Below, piece after piece: positions 13,782 to 26,148 of a stretch of 64,000 bases of DNA. Positions within the stretch are counted from its first letter, which is position 1. Each line of letters opens with the position of its first letter. The stretch is from assembly GCA_951406725.2 (NCBI GenBank), contig OX597814.1:27156001-27220000 (forward strand), given 5' to 3'. The notes under the pieces were generated by a model. It did no database searches, was not told the origin of the DNA, and saw nothing but the letters and a program-made list of their open reading frames with translations. A program made the position numbers and the translations under genes. The stretch comes from Octopus vulgaris (Eukaryota).

Positions 13782-13950
13782 CATGGAAAAGTAGCAAATT
13801 CTTTTGTAGACTTCACATCTATTTTCACTGCTTCCGTCATTGGCACGCTTACGTTTGAAAGAGGACACTAAAGGTTCATGGGCATTCATTCGTGCAGAAT
13901 TCTTCAGACCGGCATCATAAAGTTGTTTCCTCAATGACAGTTCATGTTCT
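13782..13950 (-). CDS. JARID2: JARID2 exon, start of C5HC2-type zinc finger
   Basis: tatcag| and ATG|gtaaaa, 169 nt, phase 2 to 0. EHELSLRKQLYDAGLKNSAR...RCEVYKRICYFSM. Confidence 0.93.
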
Positions 13951-13980
13951 CTGATAATATAACAGACAGATACAAATATT

Positions 13981-14410
13981 GGCACAATGCTAGCAATTTC
14001 AGAGGATAGTGAGAGAGGGATAAGCCAATTAAATAGATCTCAGTACTCAACTGGTACTTATTTAAATTGACCACAAAAGGATGAAAGGCAAAGTCAACCT
14101 CAGCAGAATTTAAACTTAGAATGTAAAGACAGATGAAATGCTGTTAAGCATTTTGCCTGATGTGCTAATGATTCTGCAAGCTTACTGCCTTAGACAGATG
14201 CAAATATTGATTTCAAATTTCAGCACAAGGTCAACATTTCCAGGAGATAGGGGTAAATTGATTACATTAAGCCCAGTGCTTAACTGGTACTTATTTTATC
14301 AACCATGAAAGGCAAACCTCAGCAGAATTTGAAGTCGGAATGTAAAGACAGACAAAATATCACTAAGCATTTTGCCCGGTGTACAGAGGATTCTGTCAGC
14401 TTGCTGCCAA
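13981..14410 (-). mobile_element. Tandem pair of SINE family C copies
   Basis: Two copies of ggcacaa..ctggtacttat..aaaggcaaa..gcagaattt..aagcattttgcc..gattctg, separated and flanked by agacagat(a/g)caaatatt. Confidence 0.85.
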
Positions 14411-15043
14411 AGACAGATACAAATATTAAAAAAGGGAAAATATCACAGTTATTTCTGGAGATGTAAAAAGGTCTTTTACAGACAACCTTCCTATAGCCAA
14501 AACAAAAATGAATAAATAAAAAGTTATTTCAGCTTGAACACCTACTAAACATTTACAAAGATTAACACCTACATTTGATTATTGTTCACGCTGCGAGATC
14601 AGAGCAACTATCATGAATATACACATTTACATAAAAGTTTGTCTAACCACTGGGCAAGCTTTCAACGCATAGTTGGAGTGTGTCCTCTCTCTCTCTCTCT
14701 AGCACACTGCAAATGCAATTGTCTCTGCACCTCCAAACTAGTCACCATACAACATATAAAACTTCATTTGTTGCACTAACACCACCTCCACCTTCTTTTA
14801 CAATAACTGAATCTCAATGAGATTCCCTACTTAACACTTAACCAAAATATTCCATTTAGTTTTTATCAGTGTTTGTATTCTTGGAGACTCCTATACTGTT
14901 AAGCCTCATCCCTCACTACTCTGTCTTACTTCTTCATTGTTATTCAACAATATGATCAAAAACATCCCAACCAGAACCTCCCTCTCTTCCTTTACTGCTT
15001 AAGATCTACATATAGTTTCCCTTCAATTATTATTTTTTCAATA

Positions 15044-15267
15044 GAGCGTGGCCGTCCGCCAGCCTCGTCTGGCACCTGTGTCGGTGGCACATAAAATCAC
15101 CCACTACACTCTCGGAGTGGTTGGCGTTAGGAAGGGCATCCAGCTGTAGAAACACTGCCAGATCTGACTGGCCTGGTGCAGCCTTCGGACTCCCCAGACC
15201 CCAGTTGAACCGTCCAACCCATGCTAGCATGGAAAGCGGACGTTAAACGATGATGATGATGATGATG
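15044..15267 (+). mobile_element. RTE-like 3' end
   Basis: Nearly identical to 36050-36263; (GAT)n tail. Confidence 0.8.
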
Positions 15268-15574
15268 TAATAAGTAGCAAGATGCTGTGCTAGTAAAGAT
15301 ACACCCAATCCATGCCAACATGATAAAAGTGACTTGTAGTGGTGATGGTGGCAATAAATATCTTCATAGCTCATTAAAAAGATAGCTTATATATTATTTC
15401 AAACTTTCTATTTTATTTGAGATTTTTAAAACTAAGTCATTGAATGTTACGCAAATTTAGACTTTGATATTTTTAAGGTTAAAACCCAACAGTCCACTAC
15501 ACATACATACAAAAGGTATAAACCCACATTCATGAACTCACAGTGAGAGTTAAGTTGTCATTATTGATACTTAC

Positions 15575-15705
15575 ATGGCTTTTATTAAAAATGGAATGGC
15601 TTGCATTAACAATTCCTCAGAGACAGCAGGCTCAGTTTTCACCATATGTCGGAGCAAAGAATCCAAAGAAAACATCTCTGGCCATAAACAATTCTTGCGC
15701 AAAAC
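15575..15705 (-). CDS. JARID2: JARID2 exon (helical region after JmjC)
   Basis: ttctag| and AT|gtaagt, 131 nt, phase 0 to 2. VLRKNCLWPEMFSLDSLLRHMVK...FLIKA. Confidence 0.9.
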
Positions 15706-16809
15706 CTAGAATAGAAGAAATTTCAATTAACATGATCGTAAGCCTAGTAATCTTTCTGTTGGTTTCTTTTGCCAAACTACTAGGTTATGGGGACATAAAG
15801 ACACTAACATCAGTTGTCAGTTGATGGTGGGGGGACAAACAGACACAAAATTACATGCACGCATGCACACACACACATATATATATATACACGACAGGCT
15901 TCTTTCAGTTTTCGCCTACCAAATCCACTCACAAGGCTTTGGTTGTCCCAAGGCTATACTAGCAGAAACTTGCCCAAGGTGCCATGAAGTGGGATTGAAC
16001 CCAGAACCATGTGGTTGGGAAGCAATCTTCTTACCACAGAGCTACTCCTGCAACTGTATATATATAAGGGAATCTTACATTGTGTATAAACTATATATTT
16101 GGAAGGACCCATTCTAAACTCTTTTAGACTTTACTCATAGGGTATTGGAATATTACATATATACCATTCTGTCTAAAAAATGGATTTACAACTTCAATAT
16201 CCACACATATTTTGCATCTATTTTCTTTCTTCCACCTCTCTCTCTCTATTTTGTATCACATCTAAACTAACTAATGACTTAATCATCCTCTCACACCGTC
16301 TCCAATGAAGGGATATAATTAATAAATATCCTGGAAACAGCTGTAAGACCTTCTATCTATAAATGTTCTAATATCTACACAGCCTTGGTTTTTTATCTCA
16401 TTACGCAAAAAATTTTTATATATATATATATATATATAATAATATAAAATAAAATATCTATCCATTCTACCCAATGTACTGGGTTCTATATCAGATAATG
16501 TTTGCACTATTTTAATATACTTTACAACTCCTACAAAAACACCCATTAAACTCTCAGTGGTTGGCATTAGGAAGGGCATCCAGCCGTAGAAACCATGCCA
16601 AATCAGATTGGACTCTGATGCAACCTTCCAACTTGCCAGCCCTGATCAACCCATCCAACCCATGCCAGCATGGACAACAGACGTTTAATGATGATGTGTG
16701 TGTGCATGCACCCACATAAATAATATATCTCTAAACAGTTGTGAATAGGTTTTAAAGTGCTAAAAATTAAAAGACATAGACTGAAGAAAGCAAATGCTGC
16801 GTTAGCTAC

Positions 16810-16992
16810 CTGAGCAATAGCTTGTCCAAGTGGAAGCCAATCTGGAGTGGCATATGGCAATGATTCTGAGATACTAAAGCCACAGTTTAAAGATGCCGTA
16901 TAAGTAAATGGGAATACAACTACAAACTGGTGCTGTTTCTGAACAATTCGGCCAACAGATACTCCTTTTTTAACCAACAGTTCAGGATTCAT
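16810..16992 (-). CDS. JARID2: JARID2 exon, JmjC end
   Basis: tttcag| and CAG|gtagct, 183 nt, phase 0 to 0. MNPELLVKKGVSVGRIVQKQHQFVVVFPFTYTASLNCGFSISESLPYATPDWLPLG. Confidence 0.95.
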
Positions 16993-17254
16993 CTGAAAGA
17001 AAAATAAATAAAAACATAAGTAAATAAATTTATTGAAAGTGAAACTGAAGATAAAAATATTTATCATTAAAAAATTAATTACTGTAATTTGATATAATTC
17101 CTGCAATGTAATTTATTTTATCCAATAACTGTGTAAATATATATTAAATGGTATTTTTTAAAAATGCTAGCACATATTTTTTCATGACAATGAATTTAGC
17201 AAAAGCACTCAATTCACCACAAAACTTCTGCTGAAAATACTGCAAATAACTTGC

Positions 17255-17555
17255 ATGGTTATGATGACAAGGGTTCCAGTTGATCCACTCAATGAAACAA
17301 CCTGCTTGTGAAATTAATGTGCAAGTGGCTGAGCACTCCACAGACGCACACACCCTTAACATATTTCTTAAGGAGATCCAGCGTGGCACACTATGTGACA
17401 AAGCTGGTCCTTTGAATTACAGGTACAACTTCTTTTTGTCAGCTGAGTGGACTGGAGCAACGTAAAATAAAGTGCCTTGCTGAAGGATGCAAGGCACCAC
17501 TGGGAATGAAATTCATGACCTGAACACCCTAACCACTAAGCCATGCGCCTTCACT
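17255..17555 (-). mobile_element. tRNA-derived SINE (head H2, tail T1)
   Basis: Head gtgaaggcgcatggcttagtggttagggtgttc; tail shared with the 18499 element. Confidence 0.75.
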
Positions 17556-18498
17556 CTGCTGCAAATAAACACTACAAGGCTGTACAACCAAAATACTGTA
17601 AACAATGTACTAGTGTCCCTGTAAGCTTGAAATAGTAAGATTCCTCCCAAACTTACAATTGACTGCTAGCTATTCTGTTCTAGAGATATGTTCCAACAAA
17701 GTCACTGCACAGTTAGCCTGCTAGAAATAGCAGCCAAATCTGCCTCAAACTTAGCACTAGCATCTTAAAACTATCACAGGTTCCAGTCCTTATTGCAGTG
17801 TGGTGGTTTGTGTGTTTCACTGACCCCGAGAGCTTTACCAGTGGAGTGCAAGCCTCTGGTTAAGGCCTCTCATGCTAGACAGATCAAAGGTTAGAGGCCA
17901 GACTAATATGGAACACCACTTCTCAGAAGTAAAAATGAAACTGCGTAGGGCCAACATCCCTACCTACAAAACATCAAAGTTACAGAAGCATTGATGACAT
18001 TCCAAAAACAACAAGACCTGAGAGAAGGCCTTTTCCCTCAGAGAAACAAGCAGGATACTGAGGTGGGCTCACAAATGTAGGAATCTGACTGGAGAGAAGC
18101 TGAAAAGAGCCCAGGATCAAGAACAGAGGAGCAAAGTTGTCAATGGCTTATGCTACATGGTGAGTAATGGGCTGAAGTATCTTAAAACAAGGAAGGATAC
18201 ATTGGATTATGTAATCCCTGTTATGCAAATAGATGAAACAGATTTGGCTGGAAGAGAAGTGTCGTTCAAGCAAATGTCACACCAATCAGAACAGCAAACA
18301 AATCTCTTTCCAATTACAGTTTATTGCTTTAAAATAATGGATAATGTAGTCCTAGATACACTATGTCTGATAAAAGACTGCATGATCAAGGTAGAGATAC
18401 TCCAAAGATCTACTCAATCAGAGTTGGCCTTGGGCTAAACAAATATTTACCAATGAAACTGTTGGATGGTAATGATGGATTATGATGAAGATAATTAT

Positions 18499-18871
18499 GG
18501 ATGGAAGCACTCTGTCGGTTACGACGACAAGGGTTCCGGTTGATCCGATCAATGGAACAGCCTGCTCGTGAAATTAACGTGTAAGTGGCTGAGCACTCCA
18601 CAGACACGTGTACCCTTAACGTAGTTCTCAGGGATATTCAGCATGACACAGAGAGTGACAAGGCCGGCCCTTTGAAATACAGGTACAACAGAAACAGGAA
18701 GTAAGAGTGAGAGAAAGTTGTGGTGAAAGAGTACAGCAGGGATCACCACCATCCCTGCCGTATCCTTGTGGAGCTTTAGGTGTTTTCGCTCAATAAACAC
18801 TCACAACACCCAGTCTGGGAATCGAAACCGCGAGTCCGCTGCCCTAACCACTGGGCCATTGCGCCTCCAAA
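18499..18871 (-). mobile_element. tRNA-derived SINE (head H1, tail T1)
   Basis: Same head as the 34844 element; 12-bp target-site duplication gaagataattat. Confidence 0.85.
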
Positions 18872-18962
18872 GAAGATAATTATAATGATGACAACAACAA
18901 TAATGATGGTAATGATGATTTCTTTTATGATAATGGTAAGCAAATGCATAATGAAAATATAC

Positions 18963-19071
18963 CATAATAAAATCTTCTTTGAACCAGCCATCGTCATCCC
19001 ACACATGACCTGGAACAAGTTCTTTGATTGCTGCTTTTAGATTCTGCTTCAGTTGCTTTGGAATGGAATAC
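18963..19071 (-). CDS. JARID2: JARID2 exon, JmjC
   Basis: ttaacag| and ATG|gtatat, 109 nt, phase 2 to 0. WYSIPKQLKQNLKAAIKELVPGHVWDDDGWFKEDFIM. Confidence 0.92.
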
Positions 19072-19920
19072 CTGTTAATGGGATAAGATTAGATTAGATT
19101 AAAATGCACACTAAAAATCCAAGATGTGTGTATGTATGTGTGTGCATGCATGTATGTGTGTGCATGTGTTGGGTCTTGATGAAATTTTTAAAGATATAAT
19201 TAGTAAGGACTAAATTTTCTAAGAAGTAATTCAATAGTTCTCTCAGTGGAGTGAGTATTTTGACTTAGATCTGTTGTGAGTCCTAGAAGTCATAAGTCCA
19301 GAGCTTAATCTGGCTTCCATGGCATAAAAAAGACAGATCACAACACTCTTTCTTGAATGGGACGCCAGTCCATCACTGGGTTTAACTTGCTAGTTATTTG
19401 CTAGAGCTCATTCACAGCTGAATGAACTTGATCAATGCTAAATATAAGTGTTTCACTGCCCAGTCCAAGTATCGAAACTGTGATCTGATGATTATGAGTG
19501 CAACACCCTAACCATTAGCCATAGCAAGACATGGGGGCAGGGGAGAAACAGCAACTTATTATTATTATTCTGCACCACCACCCTACTACATGCACACAAT
19601 TATATTACATAGAGATTGGGTTCTAGTTCCACTTCAAGTATTTGAGAAGTCTTAAACTATGATATAACCAATTACAAGCCTGTAAAATTGTGAATGACAA
19701 GAAAAATATATACAACCTAACATTTTAATATTATAAACTCATTTATCCAGACAGACCATGTCTTTTATATTTATGAGTTGAACAAGTTTCCAATTATAAA
19801 TATTTACCAAAACAAGTGTCTTTTTAATAAACTGGCTTGCTCAAAACCAACCATTGATAAAAGACAGAAATCAATCACTAATGTACATGACTGCAAGAAA
19901 AATTAGTTTCTGTCTCAGGT

Positions 19921-20316
19921 ACTCTCTTTACTCTTTTACTTGTTTCAGTCATTTGACTGCGGCCATGCTGGAGCACCACCTTTAGTCGAGCAAATCGACC
20001 CCGAGACTTATTCTTTGTAAGCCCAGTACTTATTCTATCGGTCTCTTTTGCCGAAACGCTAAGTAACGGGGACGTAAACACACCAGCATCAGTTGTCAAG
20101 CAACGCTAGGGGGACAAACACAGACACACAAACACACACATATATATATATATACATATATACGACAGGCTTCTTTCAGTTTCCGTCTACCAAATCCACT
20201 CACAAGGCATTGGTCGGCCCGAGGCTATAGCAGAAGACACTTGCCCAAGATGCCACACAGTGGGACTGAACCCGGAACCATGTGGTTGGTTAGCAAGCTA
20301 CTTACCACACAGCCAC
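19921..20316 (-). mobile_element. SINE family A, near full length and CpG-rich (young)
   Basis: Reverse complement of the 3299 element; close to the copy at 63298. Confidence 0.85.
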
Positions 20317-20899
20317 AATATATGTTTAAAATATTTTTGATTTCCATGTGTTTGTGTACACAGATATTAATACCAAATGTAAAAGCTGTTCTCTTAGCTC
20401 AGTTGTGAGAAACAGAGAAAATAATACAGCCAACAATGGCGGCACCAACACCACAATCATTGTTTCTATGTTCATTTTTCAACACTGACAATCCGTTGAC
20501 CAAAACTTCTTTAGGTTGTATTTATAGCCAGAGGTCTTGTCTGAAACCAAACCTTATGTGTTTTCAAGTAAGGTACATTATTCCCTTGGTCTTCACATGA
20601 TAAAACTCCTGAACTACTAGAGATTATTGTTTATGCGGGTCATATTAAATCCCACCATCAGCCAAGGCGCTAATGAGAAGATACAAGGAGGCAAACACAT
20701 ACACACACAGAACTTCTATACAGTTTCCATCTACTAAATTTCATTCACATGGTATTGGTCAACCTAAGGCTATAGCTGAAGGAATTTGCTGATGCAGAGG
20801 ATTGAATCACAAGCCATGTGGTTGCAAAGCAAACTTAATAACACAGCCATGCCTGCACCTACTATTACAAAAAAAGTATTAGAAATCCTAGTTACTTAC

Positions 20900-21014
20900 C
20901 AAATGAGATCAGCCCCAGTATGTAAATAATGGATGTAGGGCAAGCTGTGTCTGCTGGTTGACCAGCATGAAGTTGTGAATAACATTCCAATATGGAGCAC
21001 AGGCAGTGTAACAC
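20900..21014 (-). CDS. JARID2: JARID2 exon, JmjC core (Fe-ligand positions degenerate)
   Basis: ttttag| and TG|gtaagt, 115 nt, phase 1 to 2. [39 protein letters not shown]. Confidence 0.96.
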
Positions 21015-22166
21015 CTAAAAAAAGAAAATACTTTTTTTAATAAAGAATAATTACATACATTAATAGCTAACCTTTTGATTATATTCTCAGTGGAATTCAT
21101 AAAATTTATGATAAATTCTAAGAATGAGCAATGTTGGCTAGCTCATATTCTCTTTGGCCATTACCAGTATAATCACCAGACGGACAAATACAGATTCATA
21201 TTGTATTTGTTACAGTACACATGTACACGCGCGCGCACGCACGCACACGCGCACACACTACTACTACACTTTGCATGATATTCCGTACAGTTTGATTACA
21301 GATCAGAACTGAGAATGTTGGGCCAATGAAGAAGTTTCGACATGACCTGCTAGAAATAGCCAAATCCCTAATATCACATCCTACCATATTAAAAAAAGGA
21401 GAGGAGCAGACTAGATAAGGCAGTTGTAGATGCTTTTAAAAGGACAATTTGGTCACAGCTGAAACAGCTTTGATATTCCTGCTTAATTAAGACTGACTTG
21501 GGGCTAAACAACAGTAACAATAAAGCTAGAGTCAGCAGTTGAATGTTACTCCCAAATATTTCATCTGCATCATTAGGCCTAACTCATTGTAAAGTCAATA
21601 CCACCATGACCGATATCCAAATTACAGTGGAGAAGGCTAGCCACTGGATTTGGTTAAAAAGAGATGATGAGTGATGGCTAGAAGAATATTGAGCTTTATT
21701 TGATAACCAGTTGATCTAGCAAGTGGGGCTGGTGTGCACTGATGCCGTCAAGAGATAGGCTCCGAAACGGCGCGCATTCTCTCCTGATGACCCCGTACAT
21801 TTGCTGGCTTCCAGTATGCGGAGTTCTTGACTGGTAGCACTTGCATGTGCAAGTTGTTTGCAAGACATCCATTCAAATCTATAACCCTATCATCTATGAG
21901 ACTAAGATTAAAATAAAGTAATCGCTATTAAACCCTCATCAATCTGGGAACATTTAACAAATGTAGTTTATTATTTCATTTGTTCATTATTCAATTCAAA
22001 TTAGAGAAAAGTGTAAAATATGGGGAATAGTATGATTAACAGTAGTTCTCAAAGAATAGGATTAACTGTGGTACAAAGCAACTTTTGAAATTCTACTAAT
22101 ATTTCTAAATAATCAAACAATTCTGTTAAATTTACTGAATTTGAGATAAAAGTCGATATTCTAAAT

Positions 22167-22768
22167 CAGTGGTTCTTGACCAGAGTCCATAGGACCCTTA
22201 GGGGTCCATATAAGATATTGTAGTTAGAATTTGTGCAATAAATTGGTTATTATCATCATCGTTTAATGTCCGCTTTCCATGCTAGCATGGGTTGGACGAT
22301 TTGACTGAGGACTGGCAAACCAGATGGCTGCATCAAGCTCCAATCTGATCTGGCAGAGTTTCTACAGCTGGATGCCCTTCCTAATGCCAACCACTCCGAG
22401 TGTAGTAGTTGCTTTTACATGCCACCAGCACGAGGGCCAGTCAGGCGGCACTGGCAATGGCCACGCTCAAATGGTGTTTTTTACGTGCCACCAGGAGCCA
22501 GTTCAGCGACACTGGCAACAACCTTGCTCAAATGTTTTTTCATGTGCCAGTAAGGCGACGCTGGTAACAATCACGCTCGAATGGTGCTTTTTATGTGCCA
22601 CTGGCACGGAAGCCAGTTAGCTGCTCTGGCAATGATCATGCTCGGATGGTGAATAATACTTAACTATAAAAATATGAGATTTTTTTAAACAGTGAATGCC
22701 TGTAGGGTCAAGTAGAATAAAATAGGACTCAAAAAGGTCCATGGGCAAAAACTGGTTGGGAACCACTG
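22167..22768. mobile_element. hAT (Charlie-like) MITE with a nested RTE-like 3' end at about 22250-22650
   Basis: TIRs cagtggttc/gaaccactg; 8-bp TSD ttctaaat/ctctaaat. Confidence 0.8.
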
Positions 22769-23936
22769 CTCTAAATAATAGCTATTTAGGTATTGTAGTT
22801 AGTTTTACTTTAACATTAAACACAAATGACAGTTTGGCAATAGTATCAGTGCCATCAGAATTTGCATAGGCACTCAAATATTAAAATGTAACAAGCAATT
22901 TCAGTTCATACTTTACAATTATGCAACCTGTTGTTTAACAACTAATCAGACCTAACAGCACTTATTTGCAACCAGTGTCGGCATGGTTGTGTAATTAAGA
23001 AGCTCATTCTGCAACCACATGGTTTTGGGTTCAATCCCACAGAATGGCACCTGGGCAAGTATCTTCTACAATAGCCCCCAAACAATAGTAGAATTTGGTA
23101 AGCAGAATCTGCCTGGAAGCCCATCATATATATAAGTGTGTGTGTCTGTCTGTATGCTTCCCCCACCCACCATACTACAACTTGACAACCAGAGTTTGTT
23201 TGTGACCTCATAGCTTAATGGTTAAGAAACCAACAGAATAAGTACCAATTTGTTTGACCACACCTTTTAAAATGGTGCCCCAGTATGGTCAGCATTCAAT
23301 GAATGAAACAAGTAAAAGATAATAGATGGTTCCACCTGTGACCATTATGTTGTCTTTTATCAGGCATAGAGTACACAGGGCTACATTATCTTATATGCCC
23401 TTCCTTTTAGTAACCAGAAGGGTGATGAACAAGTTTTTGCTATTAACATTCAGCAAGGGAACAAAGTACACAGATTCTCTTGTTGGTTTCCATTAAGCAT
23501 TGAATGCATTTAAAGAAAATAAGGTTTGAAAATTATGAAAATGCTTCAGCATCTTTTTAATAACATGCATTCAGAAACAATAACCTTGGTGAATATTTAA
23601 TCTGAGAAAGTGATTTTGTTGGTTAAACAATGATTTGCTGTATTGTTAAGAGTGAGAATAACTTTTTCAGAATTCTCAATTCAAGTGTATTAAGTTAATT
23701 GTAAAAATATACCATTTTTCATTTTTTTGAATAAGAATTAAAAGATTTGAAAACAAAATGGCATCACATGATATTGTTTATCTACACAAATACTTTTGTT
23801 CATTTATTATGTAATAAATGAAATTATTTAAAATACAAAGATTTACAATGGCGGTGCCCCAGCATGGCCACAGCTCAAGAGCTGAAACTGGAAAACAAAC
23901 ATAAACATAAATAGTAAAATGAATGTCACCACTTAC

Positions 23937-24007
23937 CAGGTATTGGTCCCAAATGTCTTAATACTGATAAAGGATTTTGAGATAATACATTGAAGTTCCA
24001 GCCATGT
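23937..24007 (-). CDS. JARID2: JARID2 exon, JmjC start
   Basis: ttttag| and G|gtaagt, 71 nt, phase 2 to 1. HGWNFNVLSQNPLSVLRHLGPIPG. Confidence 0.95.
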
Positions 24008-24348
24008 CTAAAATATACAATACAAACAGCTACAGTTAAGTAAATAGAAACTATTATATATTATTGACATCAAAATCAATGGAGCCATTCTTTTTACATT
24101 CCAGAAATCAGTTAAATAAAATTGCTTAACCACGTCTGTTTAAATTTAGAGTGATAGTCAATATGGCCAATAACAACAATAAGCAGCAGGCTTGAGTAGA
24201 AAAGTATTCTTTTCATTAAAAATAGCACCTACCAAACTATTATACATTCGTATGTATCTAGATAACTGACAAGTGACATAACAGTTTTCAATATATGAAC
24301 AATTTATACAAAGGATATATAATAAATATAACATAAAGGACATGAAAG

Positions 24349-24390
<42 letters not shown>

Positions 24391-25164
24391 ACCATCATCA
24401 TCATCAACAACAATTCATATAAAACTAACTAAATCTAAGTTGGGATGTAGGTCTAACATATCAGCCACTTTAACACTGCCACTTAGATTCAGAGTGCTTT
24501 TAGTGGAAGTTACTCTTTTGTAAGCATTCACACCAGATCTTAAGTGAGGATGTTACTTCCAACACTGCTCTACTTCTTGAATAGTGCCACTGTTTCTGAG
24601 AGTGTAAAAAATACCCATTTGGTGGAATGAGAGACCTGATAGCATTTCAAGAGGCTACTTATTTACTAGCACATAATCCTATATTCCTCTATCCCCTTTT
24701 CCATCAGTTTAAAACCAACATCCCAGCACACACAGGCTTTTAGGAATGTAACCTGCTGCTATTGACTTCTAGGTGAGATATTTACAGAGATCAACACAAT
24801 GGCTAAAGAGAACATATGACTTATGAATTCTTATTCTTTCATTCACCAAGATAATTCCTAAATGAACTTAATTTAATTGAAAATATTTAGCTACAAAGAA
24901 TGCTTGAAAAATAAGACTGGACGTCATGAGGATGATAGAGACTCAGTTATATAAATCATGCTCCAAAATATAACAAGTATAACATGAACACATTTAATGG
25001 CATTAGAATATTGGTTTCAAAGTTTGGCACAAGACCAACGATTCTAAGCGAGAGGAGTAGTCAGTTCAATCAACCCAAGTGCTCAACTGGTAGTTATTTC
25101 GCCTACCACAAAAGGATGAAAAGCAAAGTCAACCTCAATGATATTTGAACTCATAACATATAAT

Positions 25165-25830
25165 CATTATCATTTAACGTCCGTTGTCCGTGCTGGCATG
25201 GGTTGGACAATTTGACTGGGTTGGCACACTGGAAGGCTGCACCAGACTCCAGTCTGATTTAGTATGGTTTTCTATGGCTGGATGTCCTTCCTAATGTCAA
25301 CTACTCAGAGTGTAATGGGTGCTTTTACGTGCTACCAGCACAGGTGCCATTTACATGACACCAGGTTGCGTTTATGTGCCACCTGCACAGGTGTCAATTT
25401 GTCTGACACTGGTATCTGCATGACTGTGATTTTGCTCAGCTTGATGGGTCTTCTTCTCAAGCACAACATAATGCCAAAGGTCTTGGTCATTGCCTCCTCC
25501 ATGAGGCCCCTATTAGTTCATATTTCCACATACCTGACTATAGATTAGTGACCATCAGATTAAGAACATGAAACCTTTCCAAAGGCCTTATAAGTCAATT
25601 AGTGCTAGATACAGCAGCATATGCCTCATTAAAAACTCCTCCAGTTGTTTTACGAGCAAGAGAATATTAGAAGTACCTCTTCCCAGCACCAAGCCAAACT
25701 GCATTTTATCTAGGCTAATTCTCATCCTAATTAGTTATGCTGTGACTCTTCCAATATCTTTCATAACCTAGACATCAACTTGATACCTCTTTAACTTACT
25801 CTTACTAGAGCCTCTCCTTTATCCTTGTAA
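25165..25830 (-). mobile_element. Internally deleted RTE-like LINE (RT fragment, C-terminus, 3'UTR)
   Basis: Degenerate RT motif MQFGLVLGRGTSNILLLVKQLEE at about 25620-25710, ORF-end remnant at about 25440-25510 and the family 3' end. Confidence 0.65.
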
Positions 25831-26029
25831 TAGTCAATGAAAATACTGCTACACCAGCCAAACAGTCATAAGAAATACAGCTAAGCATTGTGACTTACTT
25901 GCTGAAGTCCAAGTAGCAGTCACACAGAACAAACATTAAGCTACTTAACTGGATATCATAAAACATTGAGATTAGCTCCCTATGGGTCAACCATTGACTC
26001 AACAAATCCATAATTATCATTAAACTTAC

Positions 26030-26148
26030 TTTGTGTATGGGCTATCTTTCTTGCAAGGAAAGAATGTTCCCTGGTTCCCTGAGTTAATATGTCCACACTG
26101 GACAACAACATGTGATGACGCTTCTTCAACAACTTTCCAGTAATCTGA
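26030..26148 (-). CDS. JARID2: JARID2 exon (pre-JmjC)
   Basis: tttcag| and AA|gtaagt, 119 nt, phase 0 to 2. SDYWKVVEEASSHVVVQCGHINSGNQGTFFPCKKDSPYTK. Confidence 0.93.
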
